From Cylindrospermopsis raciborskii Cr2010 (GTDB lineage: Bacteria > Cyanobacteriota > Cyanobacteriia > Cyanobacteriales > Nostocaceae), in NCBI RefSeq assembly GCF_003367075.2, contig NZ_CP065936.1, positions 2,790,001-2,822,000 on the forward strand: a stretch of 32,000 bases of DNA, read 5' to 3'. Below the pieces are notes generated by a model that had not been told where the DNA came from, did not search any database, and worked only from the letters and a program-made list of their open reading frames with translations. Numbering within the stretch: position 1 is the first letter of the stretch; the number at the start of each line of letters is the position of its first letter. Shown in pieces: positions 27,502 through 32,000 of the stretch. The translations under genes and the position numbers were made by a program.

Positions 27502-30468
27502 TTACTTTGTTTCCATCCAGTTTTCACCCACATGTACATCCACTACTAGGGGAACGCTTAATTTCATAGCATTCTCCATAACTGACTTAATTTGTAATTG
27601 TAGCTCATCCCACTCACTGGGGGGAACTTCAAAAACTAACTCATCGTGTACCTGTAACAGTAGTTTTGTTTGATAAGGCCTTAATACCTGATGTAACCTG
27701 ACCATAGCAATCTTAATAATATCCGCACTAGAACCTTGAATTGGTGCATTAGCAGCAGAGCGTAATAGTCCTGCATCATAGGGACCTAAATTCTTTAACT
27801 TGTTTAGTTCTATTTCTTGTAAATCTTTACCTTTGAACTCCCGTAGGGTTTTATTAGTGAAATCAAAATAACGTCTTCTTCCTAGAATTGTTTCCACATA
27901 ACCTTGAGAAATAGCCTGTTTCTTAATGGTTTCTAAGTATGTAAAAACTAATGGGTACCTTTGATTAAATTTCTGAATAAATTCATTTGCTATATTCTTG
28001 TCTACACCTGTGGAGCGAGAGAATTTTAATACACCCATTCCATAAATCACACCAAAATTAATAGTTTTAGCAAAGCGCCTTTCTTCTGATGTGACATCCT
28101 CTTTATCAAAAAGTAGTTTTGCGGTGAGAGTATGAATATCCTGATTGTTGCTATAGGCTTGAATTAACATTGGTTCTTGACTTAAATGTGCCAATATTCT
28201 CAATTCAATTTGGGAGTAATCAGCAGCAACCATTAGCCAACCAGATTCAGGTAAAAAGGCTTTTCTAATTTGTCTACTAAAAGCCGTACGAATGGGAATA
28301 TTTTGCAAATTAGGATTGGAAGAAGATAATCGACCAGTTGCAGTTGCGGTTTGGTTAAAGCTGGTGTGAATTCGTTGAGTTTTGTGATTTACTAATTCTG
28401 GTAAAGCATCCACATAGGTTGATTTTAATTTAGCCAATGTTCGATATTCAATAATCGCGTCTACGAAACCAGTTTCATCAACCTCTTGTAGTTTTTCTAG
28501 AGTTGCTGCATCTGTAGAATAACCTGTGGAGATTTTGCGAGAGTATTTGGTACTTAAACCGAGCTTTTCAAATAGAATATAGCTAAGTTGTTTTGGAGAT
28601 CCTAGGTTAAATTTTTCTCCGGCAATTTTTGTTGCTTTAATTTCTAAGGTAGCTAAATCTGATTCTATATATTGGGACAATTGTTGTAGATAAGCAGAAT
28701 TTATTATTACTCCCCTATGTTCCATTTCCGCTAAGACTACTTCTAGTGGTTGCTCCACATCTACCAACAACTTAAATAAGGCAGGAATTTTATTTAATTC
28801 CTCTCTTAATTTACCTACCAGTTGCCAGGTTGCATAAACCTGTTTGCCACAATAATTGGCAACTGTATGGATACTAATATCAGCAATAGTTTTTTGTGGT
28901 TCTTTTTTACCTGACTTTTGCACAATATGATCATATTCTGTCAACTGCAATCCTAAATATCTTAATGCTAGGTCAGTTAAGTTGTGGGTGTGATCGGGAT
29001 TTAGTAAGTAACTAGCCAACATGGGATCAAATATCACACCATCCAAGGTAACTCCTTGGTATTTAAAAATCAATCTATCAAATTTAGCATTTTGAAATGT
29101 TTTAGGATAGTCCCTACTGGCTAAAATTTTATCCAGGGTTGATAATACCGTATTTAGTTGAAGATTCTTCTCTAGGTTAGTTGTTATGTTATGTCCCAAG
29201 GGGATATAGGCCACATCATTTTCTCCCATCCCCCAACAACAACCTATTCCCACTAAATTTGCATTTCTTGGATCTAAATCTGTGGTTTCTGTGTCCCAGG
29301 CGACGGGATTTTGTGGATCTTTATGCTGTTCTAGTATATTAACTAATTCTCCCAATTTTTCTTCTGTATCTATAATACGGACTTTAATCTCCGAACTACC
29401 TTGTTTTAATGTTTGTGATTTTTGTGCATTTACCGTATCTGCTGCACTGAAAAACCATAAATCATCATCTGGTGCTAAGTTATCAGTGTTAGATTTATTA
29501 GTCTCCCCGGTCAAGGAAGCTGACTGGGAGTGGCTAAATTTTTTCTCTATTTCTTGAATCCTGTCTAGAAATTTCTTGAATTCTAGTTTCTCTAGAATGG
29601 GAATTATCTTAGCAGTATCAAAACCTTTTAAATCACAGTCTTGTATTTTGATTGTTATAGGTACGTCGGTAACTATCTTGGCTAAATATTGGGAATGGAG
29701 GGCATTTTCTTGACCTGCAATTAGTTTTTGCTGATTTGTACCGGTGATTTTATTGATATTGGCATAAATTTCCGTCAGGGATTTATAGGTATTTAATAAT
29801 TTAACCGCCGTTTTTTCTCCAATTCCCTTAACTCCAGGAATGTTATCAGATGTATCACCACAAAGAGCTTTGAAATCTACAACTTGAGTAGGTAAAACCC
29901 CTAATTTTTCCTTAACGTCTAGGGTGTGAAATTCTTTGATTCCGTTGGCAGAACTTTTTAATGCTTCCGGGGTAAAGTTTAAAACTGTAATCCCTTTATT
30001 TTCATCAATCAGCTGAAATAAATCCCTGTCTCCTGATAGGATTTTCACTCGATAGCCACTACAGACTGCTGTTTCGGCTAAGGTACCTAATATATCATCT
30101 GCTTCGTAACCTGGCTGTGTGATAATTTGTATATTTAATGCTTTTAATAAATCATATAAGTTAAATAAGTCGGGAATGAAATCTTCCGGTGTATCTGCCC
30201 TATTTGCTTTGTAGTTACTATCTGCTTCATGGCGAAAGGTGGGCACAGCTAAATCAAATGCTATTGCTATGGCTTGTGGCTGTTCCTTTGCTATTACATC
30301 TAATAAGCATTGAATGAAGCCAAAGCAAACATTGGTAGGAATACCTGATTTTGTGCGTAATCCACCTGCTCTACTTTTGGCAAAGGCAAAATAGGAGCGG
30401 AAAGCGAGGGAGTGTCCATCTACCAGAATGATGGTAGGATAACTTTGGTCTACAGAATCTAAAATCAC
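27502..30468 (-). CDS. polA: DNA polymerase I
   Basis: 988-aa ORF. It has a 5'-nuclease domain (ILVDGHSLAFRSYFA, GDTSDNIPGVKGIGEKTA), a 3'-5' exonuclease ExoI motif (VAWDTETTDL), and polymerase motifs A (DYSQIELRILAH), B (RRFAKTINFGVIYG) and C (LQVHDELVFE). Confidence 0.95.
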   Translation of the reverse strand: MILDSVDQSYPTIILVDGHSLAFRSYFAFAKSRAGGLRTKSGIPTNVCFGFIQCLLDVIAKEQPQAIAIAFDLAVPTFRHEADSNYKANRADTPEDFIPDLFNLYDLLKALNIQIITQPGYEADDILGTLAETAVCSGYRVKILSGDRDLFQLIDENKGITVLNFTPEALKSSANGIKEFHTLDVKEKLGVLPTQVVDFKALCGDTSDNIPGVKGIGEKTAVKLLNTYKSLTEIYANINKITGTNQQKLIAGQENALHSQYLAKIVTDVPITIKIQDCDLKGFDTAKIIPILEKLEFKKFLDRIQEIEKKFSHSQSASLTGETNKSNTDNLAPDDDLWFFSAADTVNAQKSQTLKQGSSEIKVRIIDTEEKLGELVNILEQHKDPQNPVAWDTETTDLDPRNANLVGIGCCWGMGENDVAYIPLGHNITTNLEKNLQLNTVLSTLDKILASRDYPKTFQNAKFDRLIFKYQGVTLDGVIFDPMLASYLLNPDHTHNLTDLALRYLGLQLTEYDHIVQKSGKKEPQKTIADISIHTVANYCGKQVYATWQLVGKLREELNKIPALFKLLVDVEQPLEVVLAEMEHRGVIINSAYLQQLSQYIESDLATLEIKATKIAGEKFNLGSPKQLSYILFEKLGLSTKYSRKISTGYSTDAATLEKLQEVDETGFVDAIIEYRTLAKLKSTYVDALPELVNHKTQRIHTSFNQTATATGRLSSSNPNLQNIPIRTAFSRQIRKAFLPESGWLMVAADYSQIELRILAHLSQEPMLIQAYSNNQDIHTLTAKLLFDKEDVTSEERRFAKTINFGVIYGMGVLKFSRSTGVDKNIANEFIQKFNQRYPLVFTYLETIKKQAISQGYVETILGRRRYFDFTNKTLREFKGKDLQEIELNKLKNLGPYDAGLLRSAANAPIQGSSADIIKIAMVRLHQVLRPYQTKLLLQVHDELVFEVPPSEWDELQLQIKSVMENAMKLSVPLVVDVHVGENWMETK

Positions 30469-30519
30469 TGAGTTGGCCTATGGTTGATAATTTGGTGTTG
30501 AGATTGAGAACAATCAATA

Positions 30520-31398
30520 ATGGAAGTATGTTTTATTATGGTATCTATCAACAATCAACCGGTAATTAGTGGGGCGATTAAGCTCCTGGTATTGGACATA
30601 GACGGTACAATTGCTGGACATGACAATCAAATTAGTGAAACTGTTAAAATGGCTATTGCCAAAGTTCAAAGTCAGGGAATTCAGGTAGCTATAGCTACTG
30701 GAAGGATGTATTGCTCGGCTTTGCGATTTCATCAGGATATTGGGTCTAGCTTACCACTAATGGCTTATCAAGGAGCTTGGATTCAAAATCCTCACACGGG
30801 TGAGTTACATCGTCACCTAGCTGTTTCTAAGAGCATTGCTGATCAGTTGTTAGATTACTTTGAACGGCCAGATTTACGCCCTTTGCTTTCTGTTCATTTT
30901 TACGTTGGTGATCAACTTTACGTGCGGGAGATGACAACCGAAACCACAATGTATGTGGAGCGTTCTGGAGTTACTCCTTTAGCTATTGGCGATTTACGTC
31001 AATTGTTAACTGATGGGGGTTCAGGACCCACTAAGGTTTTGGCTTTATCCCATGATGTGGATTTGATTCAGGAACTTTTGGGTAAGTTACGTCTCCAATA
31101 TACTCCCGCAGAACTTTATATGACAACTTCTGTTTCCACTTTTTTGGAGGTAACTAACCCTTTTGTTAATAAAGGTACTGCTGTGAGATATTTGGCGGAG
31201 GAACTACTTGGATTAACCAGTGATAATGTGATGACTATTGGTGATAATTTCAATGACCTGGAAATGCTGGAATATGCTGGCATTGGTGTGGCCATGGGTG
31301 ATGCACCTCAACCAGTACAGGCGATCGCCAATTGGGTTACTTCTAGTGTGGAAGAGGATGGGGTAGCAATTGCCATAGAAAAGTTTTTGCTCAAATAG
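30520..31398 (+). CDS. Cof-type HAD-IIB family hydrolase
   Basis: 292-aa ORF (alternative ATG at 30538). HAD motif I is LLVLDIDGTI, motif II VAIATGR, and motif IV TIGDNFNDLEMLEYAGIGVAMGDA. Confidence 0.82.
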   Translation: MEVCFIMVSINNQPVISGAIKLLVLDIDGTIAGHDNQISETVKMAIAKVQSQGIQVAIATGRMYCSALRFHQDIGSSLPLMAYQGAWIQNPHTGELHRHLAVSKSIADQLLDYFERPDLRPLLSVHFYVGDQLYVREMTTETTMYVERSGVTPLAIGDLRQLLTDGGSGPTKVLALSHDVDLIQELLGKLRLQYTPAELYMTTSVSTFLEVTNPFVNKGTAVRYLAEELLGLTSDNVMTIGDNFNDLEMLEYAGIGVAMGDAPQPVQAIANWVTSSVEEDGVAIAIEKFLLK

Positions 31399-31401
31399 TT
31401 A

Positions 31402-32000
31402 CTACAGCTGAGAAATAGCAGTGACATTCAACTTAACCTCCAAAATATACTTTATAACTACCTGAGTCAAAATCAGCATTCCTATTCTCGCTTTAGCTAG
31501 TTCCAGATCATGAATTTTTACATATCCCCAAATAGGACAGTTAGACCAAAATTTCTCAAACGCGGAACTTAATTTTTCAGCGACTGCTAACCAATTAATA
31601 GAACGCTGAATATGGGGGAATGCCAAATCATCCACAGTTCTCACCAACAGGTGAATGAGATGAATTTCATCTGGTTGATAAAAACGGAGTTTTTGGCAGT
31701 GGTCTAACCAAGGTATGAAACTGACTGATAATAACGGTTGACCCTCAGTGTCATTTTCGACAATTTTTATCCAGCCTTCACGTTTTGCTAAATTAATGAG
31801 CGAAACACATCTGGCGTAAGCATGTTGAACAGCAAAAATACTCAACGAATTATAGACAGAACAAGCATGGCTTTGAATTTGGGAATTCACCCCCCAGTCT
31901 AGAATAGGTTGCCAATTATGATCTTTAATTGTGAGTCTATGTAGCCAAGATGCTATAGTCAAGTCAGTTGGTTGTATATGAATGGAACCAGTTGTGGGGA
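31402..32000 (-). CDS. DALR anticodon-binding-domain protein (ArgRS C-terminal-like), 5'-partial: ORF runs out of the window
   Basis: The reading frame stays open from 31402 to the window edge; the track's TTG at 31962 is not a real start, and I read ...PTTGSIHIQPTD upstream of it. FAVQHAYARCVSLINLAKREG resembles the ArgRS motif (V)QYAHARicSilRka. LLVRTVDDLAFP...LAVAEKLSSAFEKFWSNCPIWG resembles the terminal DALR helices. Confidence 0.5.
   Translation of the reverse strand, partial: PTTGSIHIQPTDLTIASWLHRLTIKDHNWQPILDWGVNSQIQSHACSVYNSLSIFAVQHAYARCVSLINLAKREGWIKIVENDTEGQPLLSVSFIPWLDHCQKLRFYQPDEIHLIHLLVRTVDDLAFPHIQRSINWLAVAEKLSSAFEKFWSNCPIWGYVKIHDLELAKARIGMLILTQVVIKYILEVKLNVTAISQL

Noticed and set aside
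1-32000. Scan for CRISPR arrays, tRNA/rRNA genes, defence or toxin-antitoxin modules, reverse transcriptases, integrases and prophage genes.
   Set aside because: No regularly spaced repeats were seen, nor any tRNA-like T-arm/acceptor pattern. Every ORF over 100 aa except a few hypotheticals has a housekeeping-type identity, so claiming a hidden system here would be unsupported.

Overview
This window reads as a compact, largely housekeeping chromosomal segment of a cyanobacterium, probably filamentous/Nostocales-like with roughly 40% GC (by eye). Evidence for that origin: petG, an HLIP gene, ycf54, crtE, a phylloquinone menH, eight HIP1 palindromes (GCGATCGC) and a GTTGGGTT...AACCCAAC hairpin repeat. 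About 34 protein-coding genes are supported, including nusB-ftsY, a GAF-PP2C phosphatase, hisS, ald, hisH, rsmD, pdxJ, folD-crtE, mutS, a PpsA-like enzyme and polA. Two conserved small genes missing from the ORF track were found by hand translation: an HLIP gene (9544-9714) and petG (13100-13213, GTG start). I found no tRNA, rRNA, CRISPR array, defence island, toxin-antitoxin pair or intact mobile element. The only mobile-DNA traces are a truncated IS630-like HTH ORF and one MITE-like mini-insert. I do not see a convincing self-contained novel system. The leads most worth follow-up are unknown-function genes in suggestive contexts: a divergent-PAP2/DUF212 gene behind crtE, a homolog of plant pathogen-related protein beside ycf54, a eukaryote/archaeal-like HisRS, a standalone ArgRS-type DALR-domain protein, a DUF3370-like secreted protein, and a c-type cytochrome with no canonical start codon lying divergent to petG. 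All family assignments rest on motif recognition and memory, not on searches.
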